A stretch of 54,422 bases of DNA from an uncultured Pseudomonadales bacterium (GTDB taxonomy: Bacteria; Patescibacteriota; Microgenomatia; UBA1400; UBA12028): positions 1 through 54,422 of the forward strand of contig CAZBKJ010000003.1 of the NCBI GenBank assembly GCA_964492495.1, in the 5' to 3' direction. Positions 1 to 8,554 of the stretch are shown piece after piece. Position 1 is the stretch's first letter; each line of letters opens with the position of its first letter. Under the pieces are notes generated by a model. That model saw only the letters and a program-made list of their open reading frames with translations. It did no database searches and was not told the DNA's origin. The translations under genes and the position numbers were made by a program.

Positions 1-1140
1 TACAAGGAAGCGATCCCAAAAAGTGATGTGATCATCATCGCAGTTGGAACCCCGTCGGCAAAAGATGGTCAAGCAGACTTGAAGTTTGTGTTTTCGGTGG
101 CAGAAAGTATCGCACCATACCTCAAAGAACATACCGTTGTAGCGATCAAATCAACTGTTCCCCCTGGAACATGTGACAAGGTACGAGAGCTGATACAAAA
201 ATCCAAAATCCAAAATCCAAATTCCAAGAGTAAAAATTCTGAAAGGAGTTTCTTTGTAGCATCTTTGCCTGAATTTTTACGTGAAGGAAGTGCTGTTCAC
301 GATACACTTCATCCTGATCGAATCATCATTGGAGCGACAGAGCAAAAGGCGATTGCCACCTTAAAAACACTACACGAATCATTTGATGCTCCGATTCTTA
401 TTATGAAGCCCGAAAGTGCACAGATGACAAAGTATGCAGCAAATAGTTATCTGGCCACAAGAATTACCTTTATCAATCAAATTGCGAACCTCTGTGAGGC
501 AAATGGTGCAGAGATCACTGAAGTTATCAAAGGGATTGGGATGGATAAACGAATTGGTAGCCATTACTGGTATCCCGGCCTTGGATATGGTGGAAGTTGC
601 TTTCCAAAGGATGTAAAGGAACTTGCTGCCTATGCGAAAGGGATTGGGCAAGAAAATAATTTGATGGTTACGGTAAGTAACCTCAATGAAGAACGAGTAA
701 GCTCACTACTTTCCAAGTTTGAAAAAAAAGTCGGTGGCTGGAACGGAAAAAAAGTCGCAGTCCTTGGACTTTCTTTCAAACCAAATACCGATGATATCCG
801 CGAAGCCCCTAGTACAAAAATTGTTCCAATTCTTCTTCGCAAAGGGGCTGTCGTCACTGCCTATGATCCAATGGCAAATACTGTCTTTGCGAACTGGGGA
901 AAATCTCAAGAAAAACTCTCATCCACACATTTGACGATCTCCCAATCTCTTGAGGAAGCAGTACAAAAAGCAGATGTTGTCATGATTCTTGTGGAGTGGA
1001 AAGACTTTGCAACAATGAGTCTTCAGGATCTTTCAAAAAAAATGTCACCGAATGCATTTTTTATTGATATGAGAAACCTTTACACGAAGGACACAGTAGA
1101 AGAGCATGGTTTTCACTACATTGGAATTGGGATACAATAA
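1..1140 (+). CDS. ugd: UDP-glucose 6-dehydrogenase, 5'-truncated by the window edge
   Basis: Frame 1 is open from base 1 (YKEAIPKSDVIIIAVGTP...), so the listed ATG at 28 is internal. Family motifs PEFLREG, the catalytic-Cys motif GGSCFPKD and FKPNTDDIREAP are present. Stop TAA at 1138-1140. Confidence 0.9.
   Translation, partial: YKEAIPKSDVIIIAVGTPSAKDGQADLKFVFSVAESIAPYLKEHTVVAIKSTVPPGTCDKVRELIQKSKIQNPNSKSKNSERSFFVASLPEFLREGSAVHDTLHPDRIIIGATEQKAIATLKTLHESFDAPILIMKPESAQMTKYAANSYLATRITFINQIANLCEANGAEITEVIKGIGMDKRIGSHYWYPGLGYGGSCFPKDVKELAAYAKGIGQENNLMVTVSNLNEERVSSLLSKFEKKVGGWNGKKVAVLGLSFKPNTDDIREAPSTKIVPILLRKGAVVTAYDPMANTVFANWGKSQEKLSSTHLTISQSLEEAVQKADVVMILVEWKDFATMSLQDLSKKMSPNAFFIDMRNLYTKDTVEEHGFHYIGIGIQ
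198..225 (+). repeat. Heptanucleotide tandem repeat (AAAATCC)x3 plus AAATTCC inside ugd
   Basis: Read directly from the sequence: aaaatcc aaaatcc aaaatcc aaattcc. It encodes the KSKIQNPNS loop. Confidence 0.95.
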
Positions 1141-1144
1141 GATC

Positions 1145-2104
1145 ATGGATATACAAAAGCAACCAAAGATTGTCGTCACTGGAGGAACAGGGTTTGCTGG
1201 CTCCCACTTGATTGAGCAACTTTTAGCCAAAGGCTATACAAACATTTTTTCCACAACTTTTTCTGCCGTCGATCCAAGTCTTCGATTCTTGCCTGATGAT
1301 CACTACCGCAAAGTTGATCTCAGCAGTCCCGAAGCTACTGAGGAATTTTTCAAAGAGATTCAACCTGACTGGGTGTTTCATTTAGCATCGTTTGCATACG
1401 TTGGAAAGAGTTTTGATAAAGCCCGTGAGCTCTTTGCAAACAACATCAATCTGCAGCTTAATGTTTTGGAAAGTATTAAAAATCATGCTAAAAACGCAAA
1501 AATTCTGACTATTGGTTCTGCAGAAGAGTATGGTATGGTGACTCCACCTTTAGAAAAGATTGATGAATCAGTCGGTCTCTTCCCGGTTAATCCATACGCA
1601 GTCTCTAAAGTTACTCAAGATTTGTTAGCACACAGTTATTTTTTGTCATTTAATCTACATATTGTCAGAGCTCGACCGTTTAATCATATTGGGACAAGAC
1701 AAACAGGCGATTTTGCTGTCCCCGCATTTGTAAAACAAATTGTGGCTATAGAAAAGGGCGAACAAAAAACACTGCGAGTGGGCAACTTGGATGCGGTTCG
1801 AGATTTTTCAAGTGTTGTTGATGTTGTTCAGGCGTACATACTACTCATGGAAAAAGGTGTAGAAGGCGAGGTATACAACATTGGCTCGGGAGTGGGAATT
1901 CAAATTGAGGCTGTTGTACAGAAACTTTCTTCTATGGCAAACGTGCCAATTGTTGTAGAAACTGACCCAGGGCGAATCCGACCGCTTGACGTACCGGGCT
2001 TAATTGCTGACAATGGAAAGATGAGGTCGCTCGGTTGGGAACCAAAAGTATCGATTGATGAAGAACTACAAAATGTACTGGATGAGTGGAGAAAGAAGGA
2101 GTAG
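1145..2104 (+). CDS. rmd: SDR-family NAD(P)-dependent sugar reductase, probable GDP-4-dehydro-6-deoxy-D-mannose reductase (GDP-D-rhamnose forming)
   Basis: Start moved to ATG 1145 (MDIQKQPKIVVTGGTGFAGSHL) because the listed 1106 start overlaps ugd. It has a Rossmann GxxGxxG and a catalytic YAVSK. The blocks ILTIGSAEEYGM, FNHIGTRQ and VGNLDAVRDFSSVVDVVQAY match Rmd-type reductases as I recall them. It lies directly upstream of gmd. Confidence 0.7.
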   Translation: MDIQKQPKIVVTGGTGFAGSHLIEQLLAKGYTNIFSTTFSAVDPSLRFLPDDHYRKVDLSSPEATEEFFKEIQPDWVFHLASFAYVGKSFDKARELFANNINLQLNVLESIKNHAKNAKILTIGSAEEYGMVTPPLEKIDESVGLFPVNPYAVSKVTQDLLAHSYFLSFNLHIVRARPFNHIGTRQTGDFAVPAFVKQIVAIEKGEQKTLRVGNLDAVRDFSSVVDVVQAYILLMEKGVEGEVYNIGSGVGIQIEAVVQKLSSMANVPIVVETDPGRIRPLDVPGLIADNGKMRSLGWEPKVSIDEELQNVLDEWRKKE

Positions 2105-2106
2105 GA

Positions 2107-2139
2107 GACTAGTAAGACTAGTAAGATTAGTGGATTAGA
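2107..2139. repeat. TAG/TAA-rich 8-9-nt tandem array (GAYYAGTRR)x4 starting 3 nt after the rmd-like stop
   Basis: gactagtaa gactagtaa gattagtg gattaga. Confidence 0.9.
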
Positions 2140-2214
2140 TCAATACAGAAGAATGAATGGATTCCCATAGACATGGGAATGACAATAGAGGCAAGAGAAA
2201 CAGAAAGGGTTTTT

Positions 2215-3186
2215 ATGAAAAAGGCATTTATTACTGGAGTTACCGGACAAGATGGCTCCTACTTAGCTGAGTTGCTGTTGGAAAAAGGTTACATCGTCTA
2301 CGGAATGAACCGACGAAGTAGTACACAAAACTACTCTCGTATTGAACATATTATTCATCAAAACAACTTCGAACTGGTGTCAGGAGACTTGACTGATGAA
2401 CACTCCATCACCAGTGCGCTGGCGGAGATCCAGCCAGATGAAGTCTATAACCTAGCTGCTCAGTCATTTGTTCATGCTTCATGGAAACAACCGGTGCTTA
2501 CCGGAGAATACACTGGCCTTGGAGTCACACGTATGCTTGAAGCTGTACGTTATGTCTGTCCAAATACACGCTTTTATCAAGCAAGCTCGTCAGAAATGTT
2601 TGGAAAAGTCCAAGAAGTTCCACAAAAAGAATCAACCCCATTCTATCCTCGCTCACCGTATGGTGTAGCCAAAGTATATGGTCACTGGATTACTGTAAAC
2701 TACCGAGAGTCGTTTGATTTGTTCGCTGTTTCTGGGATTCTATTCAATCATGAATCACCTCGTCGAGGGCTTGAGTTTGTTACAAGAAAAATTGCCAATG
2801 CAGTTGCCCGAATCAAATATGGAAAACAGGAAAAAGTAAAACTTGGAAATATGGATGCGAAGCGAGACTGGGGATATGCAAAAGACTATGTGGAAGCCAT
2901 GTGGTTGATGCTGCAACAAGAAACACCTGAGGATTTTGTTATCTCAACCGGTGAAACACACTCTGTCAGGGAATTCCTCGAAGAAGCATGTAAAGTTGCA
3001 AAAATTTCTGACTGGGAAAGTATCATTGAGCACGATCCGAAGTACGATCGACCAGCAGAAGTCGATCTCTTGATCGGCGATGCGTCAAAAGCGAAAAAAA
3101 TCCTGGGATGGGAACCTAAAACAAGCTTTAAGGAACTGGTGAAGATCATGGTTGAGGCAGAACTGGAAGCGGAGAAAGATAAGTAG
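2215..3186 (+). CDS. gmd: GDP-mannose 4,6-dehydratase
   Basis: [44 protein letters not shown] (YxxxK) and NHESPRRG are classic Gmd blocks. The start is taken at ATG 2215 rather than the 14-codon upstream extension. Confidence 0.92.
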   Translation: MKKAFITGVTGQDGSYLAELLLEKGYIVYGMNRRSSTQNYSRIEHIIHQNNFELVSGDLTDEHSITSALAEIQPDEVYNLAAQSFVHASWKQPVLTGEYTGLGVTRMLEAVRYVCPNTRFYQASSSEMFGKVQEVPQKESTPFYPRSPYGVAKVYGHWITVNYRESFDLFAVSGILFNHESPRRGLEFVTRKIANAVARIKYGKQEKVKLGNMDAKRDWGYAKDYVEAMWLMLQQETPEDFVISTGETHSVREFLEEACKVAKISDWESIIEHDPKYDRPAEVDLLIGDASKAKKILGWEPKTSFKELVKIMVEAELEAEKDK

Positions 3187-3235
3187 ATCAGTAAGACTAG
3201 TAGATTAGTAGGACTAGTGAGATTAGTGGATTAGA
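3186..3235. repeat. TAG/TAA-rich 8-9-nt tandem array (GAYYAGTRR)x6 starting at the gmd stop codon
   Basis: gatcagtaa gactagta gattagtag gactagtga gattagtg gattaga. It belongs to the same unit family and has the same 3' end (gattagtggattaga) as 2107-2139. Confidence 0.9.
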
Positions 3236-3260
3236 ACAGGCAAACGATAACAAGGACAAA

Positions 3261-3417
3261 GGTTCAAGGTTTCATGGGTCAGAGCTTCTCCACTCCATGT
3301 TGCCTCAACGGCAACTTGGGTAGTCGAAGAATAAAAGGGAGAGGTTCAAGGTATCAGAGGTCAGAGCTTCTCCACTCCATGTTGCCTCAACGGCAACTTG
3401 GGTAGTTTAAAGAATAA
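3261..3417. repeat. Two tandem copies (82-nt period) of a hairpin-containing intergenic element
   Basis: The 48-nt core ggtcagagcttctccactccatgttgcctcaacggcaacttgggtagt is identical at 3277-3324 and 3359-3406. It includes the stem ccatgttgcc/ggcaacttgg around the loop tcaac. Confidence 0.9.
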
Positions 3418-3449
3418 TAGCGAAATAGAGACGAGAAAACAGAAGTTTT

Positions 3450-4604
3450 ATGAAAAAAGCAATCATTATTATTCCGACATATAACGAACGAGAGAATGTT
3501 TCTGCGCTCATTCCTGTATTGCTTGAGATTTTTTCGTCGATTCCCAACTGGGACATGGAGATTTTAGTGGTCGATGACACAAGTCCTGATGGAACAGCAG
3601 AGGCAGTCGAAGCTCTCAAAAAGAAAAACAAGAAAATTCACTTACTTGTAAATAAAGAGAAAGCAGGTCTTGGGAGTGCATACCTTAAAGGAATGGAAGA
3701 GGCATTTGATCGCTTGGGAGCCGATGTTGTGTTTGAGATGGATGCTGATTTTTCTCATGATCCATTAAAAGTTCCAACATTTCTTGCAGAAATTGAAAAA
3801 GGTGCCGACCTTGTTGTTGGATCTCGGTATATCAAAGGTGGCTCTATTCCAAGTGACTGGGGCTTTAGTCGCAAGTTTTTAAGTATTGTTGGCAATCTGG
3901 TAAACATGGTTGTATTAACAAATTTTCAGATTCATGACTGGACCACTGGATATCGAGCAATCACCAAAGAGGTTTTCTTGGCAATTCGCGGTGAAATGGA
4001 TACGAAGCAGTTTAGTGGGTATACATTTCAGATAGGCTTTTTGCATAAGACTCTGCGCAAGGGTTTTAGGATTGTTGAAGTTCCTATCCAGTTTATTGAT
4101 CGTAAAGTTGGTCAATCAAAGCTCGGGCCTGATTATATTAAAAGTGCACTCCAATATATTCTAGTTGCAAGAGCAAAAGAAATTGTGGCGAGCCATGTGT
4201 TTAAGTTCGGTATCGTTGGTGGAATTGGGTTTGTTATCAATGCAACAGCCCTGGGCGTACTGAGTTCACAGCGTATTGGCTTTTCGCCTGGAGATGCATC
4301 TGCAATAGGTGCAGAGGTCGCAATTGTCTCAAACTTCATGTTCAATAACTTTTGGACATTCTCAGAGCGTCAAGTGAGGACACCAGTTGCCCTTATCAAA
4401 AAGTTCGTTCAGTTTAATATTGCATCGCTTGGAGCAGTTGTTATTCAGAAAGTGGTTGTGGGCTTTGGAACACACTACACATCAGATGACTTAAAGTTTG
4501 TCTGGTTTATACTTGCGGTCATTATCGGAATGTTTGTAAACTTTGTTATCTACTCAAAAATCATTTGGAAAAAAACGGCAAACGAGCAAGTTGTGAAACA
4601 ATAG
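3450..4604 (+). CDS. GT2 polyprenol-phosphate mannosyl/glycosyl-transferase (DPM1/Ppm-like) fused to a C-terminal GtrA-like membrane domain
   Basis: The N-terminal part has IIIPTYNERENV, VVDDTSPDGT, EMDADFSHDP and GSRYIKGG, a DPM1-like GT2 pattern. The C-terminal roughly 130 aa has 4 TM segments with FKFGIVGGIGFVIN and FNNFWTF, typical of GtrA-family proteins. Confidence 0.85.
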   Translation: MKKAIIIIPTYNERENVSALIPVLLEIFSSIPNWDMEILVVDDTSPDGTAEAVEALKKKNKKIHLLVNKEKAGLGSAYLKGMEEAFDRLGADVVFEMDADFSHDPLKVPTFLAEIEKGADLVVGSRYIKGGSIPSDWGFSRKFLSIVGNLVNMVVLTNFQIHDWTTGYRAITKEVFLAIRGEMDTKQFSGYTFQIGFLHKTLRKGFRIVEVPIQFIDRKVGQSKLGPDYIKSALQYILVARAKEIVASHVFKFGIVGGIGFVINATALGVLSSQRIGFSPGDASAIGAEVAIVSNFMFNNFWTFSERQVRTPVALIKKFVQFNIASLGAVVIQKVVVGFGTHYTSDDLKFVWFILAVIIGMFVNFVIYSKIIWKKTANEQVVKQ

Positions 4605-4657
4605 AAGTAGCGTGGCTACCACAATGACGGTGATTTTGTGCTCGATCTGATTACAGT

Positions 4658-6160
4658 ATGCAGAAAATCCTGAGACAAAAATCACTTCTTCTGTTTATCT
4701 TCCTGCTACTCATAGGTACTTTTTTCCGTTTTTATAAGATTCGTCATACCATGCAGTTTTTGGGTGATCAGGGTAGAGATGCTCTGATTGCCAGACGCAT
4801 CATGTTTGAACGGCAACCAGCATTAATAGGCCCGGTGACAAGTGTTGGGAATATGTATCTTGGCCCGTTTTACTACTACTTCATGGTGTTTCCGCTTCTG
4901 CTTTCGTATCCTGATCCAATCGGTCCAACATTGGCTGTGGCGTTTGTGGGGGTCATGACGCTCGCTCTCATATATGTTGTTGGGAAAAAAATGTTTGGGA
5001 AAGAAATCGCATTCATTAGTATGGCGATCTACGCGATCAGTCCCATCGTTGTTACAAATGTACGCTTTTCATGGAATCCGAATATCGTTCCTTTTTTTAG
5101 TGTTCTTTTAGTGTACTGTTTGTATCTCTCATTGAAGGGAAACAGAAAAATTTGGGGATGGGTTGGACTTTTATGTGCGATACTTTTGCAACTTCACTAC
5201 ATCACACTCATACTGATCATGAGCGCATTTTTTGTATGGATTTTTGATTTAGGCAAACAGCTTCGATCAAAAAACTTCTCCCGTGATTTTTTCGTAACTA
5301 CACTGATTGGAATTTTGATTGGTATTGCCTCACTCTTCCCACTTGTCGCTTTTGATTTTCGACATGATCACTCAATTGCAAAGGCGTTTCAGTCTTTTTT
5401 TGACAAGCCTGCTGGTGAGTCACATTTTCGAAAAGTAAGCGAGCTGTCAGCACTCTTTTATGCAAGTGTCGGACTATACCTTCGAAATATATTTGAAGGA
5501 TTTGGATTAAAGCTTCCTCAAAACGGGGGATATATTGGCATTCTCGTATCACTCTACCTACTTATTCGGGGAGCTTTCTTTGGGCAAGAAAAAAAATACA
5601 AACGCAGCAAGGTATTTATATCGCTTGTCTTTTTGTTCTCACTTTTCATCTTTAGCTTTTACCGAGAATCTATCTTTGATCACTACTTAGGATTCATGTT
5701 CCCGATTGGCACGTTTGTGCTTGCGATCATGATTTATGCGCTTTGGGAAAATATATTTTTGCGTCCATTTGCTATTTCGGTTCTAGCGCTGATCGTGATT
5801 TTTTCGCTACGAAACTATCCAGGACAACACACACTTGGCTTAAATGTTGATGTATTTCGGGAAACAGCAGAACAGATTCAATCTCGAGTGCAAGATGGTC
5901 AAAGTTATGACATCCTTCTTTTGACAGAGAACAATGACTTTCTTGGGATGAATTACCGTTACTTTTTAACTACAATGAAGTACGTACCAGCAAAGGAAGA
6001 GGATATTTGGACATTTAAGCGATTGTTTGTGATAGATGAGCGTCGATCAAAAAACCCGCTTGATACACCGCAGTATAAAGTTGCAGTCTGGCCAAATCGA
6101 GATATTGTCGATGAGTTTACTATTGAAAATGGAGCGCATGTTGTCGTTTTAGAACGATAA
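4658..6160 (+). CDS. Polytopic membrane protein, putative GT-C glycosyltransferase (GT39/ArnT-PMT-like), DQGRD subfamily
   Basis: 500 aa with more than 10 predicted TM segments. The first-loop acidic motif is FLGDQGRDALIARRI followed by GPxTSxGxxYLGPFYYY. It is a clear paralogue of the next gene and of 34243-35481 (-). Confidence 0.7.
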   Translation: MQKILRQKSLLLFIFLLLIGTFFRFYKIRHTMQFLGDQGRDALIARRIMFERQPALIGPVTSVGNMYLGPFYYYFMVFPLLLSYPDPIGPTLAVAFVGVMTLALIYVVGKKMFGKEIAFISMAIYAISPIVVTNVRFSWNPNIVPFFSVLLVYCLYLSLKGNRKIWGWVGLLCAILLQLHYITLILIMSAFFVWIFDLGKQLRSKNFSRDFFVTTLIGILIGIASLFPLVAFDFRHDHSIAKAFQSFFDKPAGESHFRKVSELSALFYASVGLYLRNIFEGFGLKLPQNGGYIGILVSLYLLIRGAFFGQEKKYKRSKVFISLVFLFSLFIFSFYRESIFDHYLGFMFPIGTFVLAIMIYALWENIFLRPFAISVLALIVIFSLRNYPGQHTLGLNVDVFRETAEQIQSRVQDGQSYDILLLTENNDFLGMNYRYFLTTMKYVPAKEEDIWTFKRLFVIDERRSKNPLDTPQYKVAVWPNRDIVDEFTIENGAHVVVLER

Positions 6161-6170
6161 CAAGTGAACT

Positions 6171-7706
6171 ATGAAATTTTTTGCTAAAAGGAAGGTGGAA
6201 ATAGGACTCCTTCTTTTTTTATGTATTGTCGCTTTTTACTTGCGCTCCTACGGACTATACCGTGATCTTTTGTTTGCGTATGACCAAGGACGAGATGCGT
6301 TCGCAACTCAAAAAATTCTTCAAGGTGATATTACGCTCATCGGTCCAACGACAGGACTTACGGGAGTATTCCTTGGTCCATTTTGGTTTTACTTTATCAC
6401 TCCGTTGTATTTGATTGGATCGGGTAGTCCCATGGTCGCGGCATACGTGATGGCACTCTTTCATGTTGGGGTCGTCCTTCTTTTGTATCTCTTTGCGTCA
6501 AAAGTTGCAGGAAAAACAGCAGGTTTTGCAACAAGCATCCTCTATACCTTTTCCTTCTCCAATATTTTGTTCTCTCGTTGGTTATCAAATCCGACTACAC
6601 TGCCATTTTTTGCGTTGCTTGGCTTTTATTTACTCTGGAAAGCGATAGAAGAAAAAAAGCTGAAATTTTTTGTCCTTTCCGGCGTCGTTTTTGGTATTTG
6701 TTTGCAGTTGGAAGCTGCAAATGCAGTATGGTTTATCCCAACAGTTGCACTCATCGTACTCTACGAGTACGTAATCCTATCCTGGAAAAACATACAAGAA
6801 TTTCGATCTCATAAACTCCAGCCGTTACTTCAAAATCTTTTTGGTCTAGGACTGGGTGGTGTGATGACGCTTGTACCTCAATTTATTTTTGAGCTAAAAC
6901 ACAATTTTTTGGTAACAAAGAATCTCATTGCTGCCTTTCAGACAACTCATGAGAAAACGCTCTCAGATATTTTCGTTGATAGAGTGGAGCTTCTCTATGA
7001 ATTATACGCAAGGGGGCTTTTTGTAAACCATCACTGGCTATTTGGTGTAACCCTCATCTTCCTGCTTGGTTGTATCGCTTTCTATTGGAAACAGCTTTGG
7101 AGTTCGCGTGGATGGCGAATGATATTTTTGTGGTTTGTTGTGCCGTTGGTGTTTCATGCGACATACACTGGGAATCATGGAAATTTCTGGGATTACTATA
7201 TTCTTTCGCAACATCTAGTTTTGTATCTCCTTCTCGTGACTACATTTGTAATTGTGCTTCAACAGAATCCAAAGAATGTGATTCTAAAACTTGGGCTTGG
7301 CGTGTTTGTTGTCGTTTCGGCTATGCTAAATTTTGCAAAATGGACAGAAATACTGCAACCATACGAGAACCGGTATTCACTCCAGATGCAAGTTGATGAA
7401 ACACATTGGATGATCGAACAGGCAAGTGGTGAAGACTATGGTGTATGGGTCTACGCCCCAAACTATCAGGATGACCCGCATCGTTATGTATTTTCCTGGA
7501 TCGGGAAGAAAACAGGCATACAGCCAAAAGAGCATGTAGAACAACAACCACTCATCTTCCTTGCCGTGGAAGAAGATGGCTATTTCCCAGCTCGAAGAGA
7601 AGCATGGATTCGAGAAAAAATGGCGTTCGGTGAGCTTCTTGCCACAAAAAAATTTGGAGCGATAACTGTGTATAAACTCAAAAACACCTTTATTCAAAAG
7701 CAGTAG
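6171..7706 (+). CDS. Polytopic membrane protein, putative GT-C glycosyltransferase, DQGRD subfamily paralogue
   Basis: 511 aa. The YDQGRDAFATQKIL...GPTTGLTGVFLGPFWFYF block is collinear with 4658-6160, and the protein is multi-TM throughout. Confidence 0.7.
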   Translation: MKFFAKRKVEIGLLLFLCIVAFYLRSYGLYRDLLFAYDQGRDAFATQKILQGDITLIGPTTGLTGVFLGPFWFYFITPLYLIGSGSPMVAAYVMALFHVGVVLLLYLFASKVAGKTAGFATSILYTFSFSNILFSRWLSNPTTLPFFALLGFYLLWKAIEEKKLKFFVLSGVVFGICLQLEAANAVWFIPTVALIVLYEYVILSWKNIQEFRSHKLQPLLQNLFGLGLGGVMTLVPQFIFELKHNFLVTKNLIAAFQTTHEKTLSDIFVDRVELLYELYARGLFVNHHWLFGVTLIFLLGCIAFYWKQLWSSRGWRMIFLWFVVPLVFHATYTGNHGNFWDYYILSQHLVLYLLLVTTFVIVLQQNPKNVILKLGLGVFVVVSAMLNFAKWTEILQPYENRYSLQMQVDETHWMIEQASGEDYGVWVYAPNYQDDPHRYVFSWIGKKTGIQPKEHVEQQPLIFLAVEEDGYFPARREAWIREKMAFGELLATKKFGAITVYKLKNTFIQKQ

Positions 7707-7761
7707 GCGTGAATTTTCAGGCTCATGCGCTACAATATGTGAATACACTGTATTCATCCCT

Positions 7762-8511
7762 ATGCTAGTATCAATCATTTTTCCTTCCTATAACGAAATG
7801 TCTAATGTCAAAAAGGGTGTTCTTGATGACGTTATCACCTACTTAGGCACCGTAGACTGGGCTTGGGAGGTGTTACTGGCTGATGATGGATCCACCGATG
7901 GAACAGCAAGAGAACTTGAAAAATTTGCCTCGTCACATCCAAACGTTCGATATATTCCGCTTCCACATAGAGGGAAAGGTCCGACCGTTCTTGAAGCACT
8001 TCAAAAAGCAAAAGGAGATATTCGATTGTTTTCTGATTTTGATCAGGCAACCCCGCTCACGGAGATTGAAAAACTTCTTCCGTTTGTTGAAAAAGACTAT
8101 GATGTTGTGATTGGTTCTCGTGAAGTTCAGGGAGCTGAACGAAAGAGAGAGCCAATACATCGACATTTAATGGGAAAAGGATTTAATTTTTTGGTAAAAA
8201 TCATCGCGATTGGTGGAATTGCAGACACACAGTGCGGATTTAAGCTTTTTACCAAGAAAGCTGTTGACCTTTTGGCACCAAAAGTTTATGTGTACTCTGG
8301 AAAAGGCGAGCTCTCGGGAGCATTTACTGGAGCGTTTGATGTTGAGCTACTGTATCTTGCAAAGAAGTATAAACTGAAGATTGCAGAAGTGCCGGTATTT
8401 TGGAAGTATGTGAAAACATCTCGAGTTGATCCGGTCATTGACTCAATTAAAATGCTCAAAGATATTATTCGAATTCGAGTTGCAGATTTGAACGGGTTGT
8501 ACAAAGACTGA
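7762..8511 (+). CDS. GT2 polyprenol-phosphate beta-glycosyltransferase (ALG5/dolichyl-phosphate glucosyltransferase-like)
   Basis: IIFPSYNE, LADDGSTDGT, SDFDQATP and DTQCGFKLF form the ALG5/GtrB-like pattern. It is a 249-aa soluble GT2. Confidence 0.8.
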   Translation: MLVSIIFPSYNEMSNVKKGVLDDVITYLGTVDWAWEVLLADDGSTDGTARELEKFASSHPNVRYIPLPHRGKGPTVLEALQKAKGDIRLFSDFDQATPLTEIEKLLPFVEKDYDVVIGSREVQGAERKREPIHRHLMGKGFNFLVKIIAIGGIADTQCGFKLFTKKAVDLLAPKVYVYSGKGELSGAFTGAFDVELLYLAKKYKLKIAEVPVFWKYVKTSRVDPVIDSIKMLKDIIRIRVADLNGLYKD

Positions 8512-8554
8512 TAGTTTCTGCAAATACTTTCTTTTTTCTCCAGGGGCGGATACT

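Noticed and set aside
3261-3285. ggttcaagg resembling a tRNA T-arm (GGTTCGAAT), suggesting a possible tRNA or tmRNA in the spacers
   Set aside because: No acceptor stem, D-arm or anticodon arm can be drawn around it. The motif is part of the heptad-like repeat.
3261-3417. Possible CRISPR array
   Set aside because: There are only two repeat copies, about 80 nt long and directly abutting without unique spacers, and no cas genes. The other intergenic repeats are also irregular.
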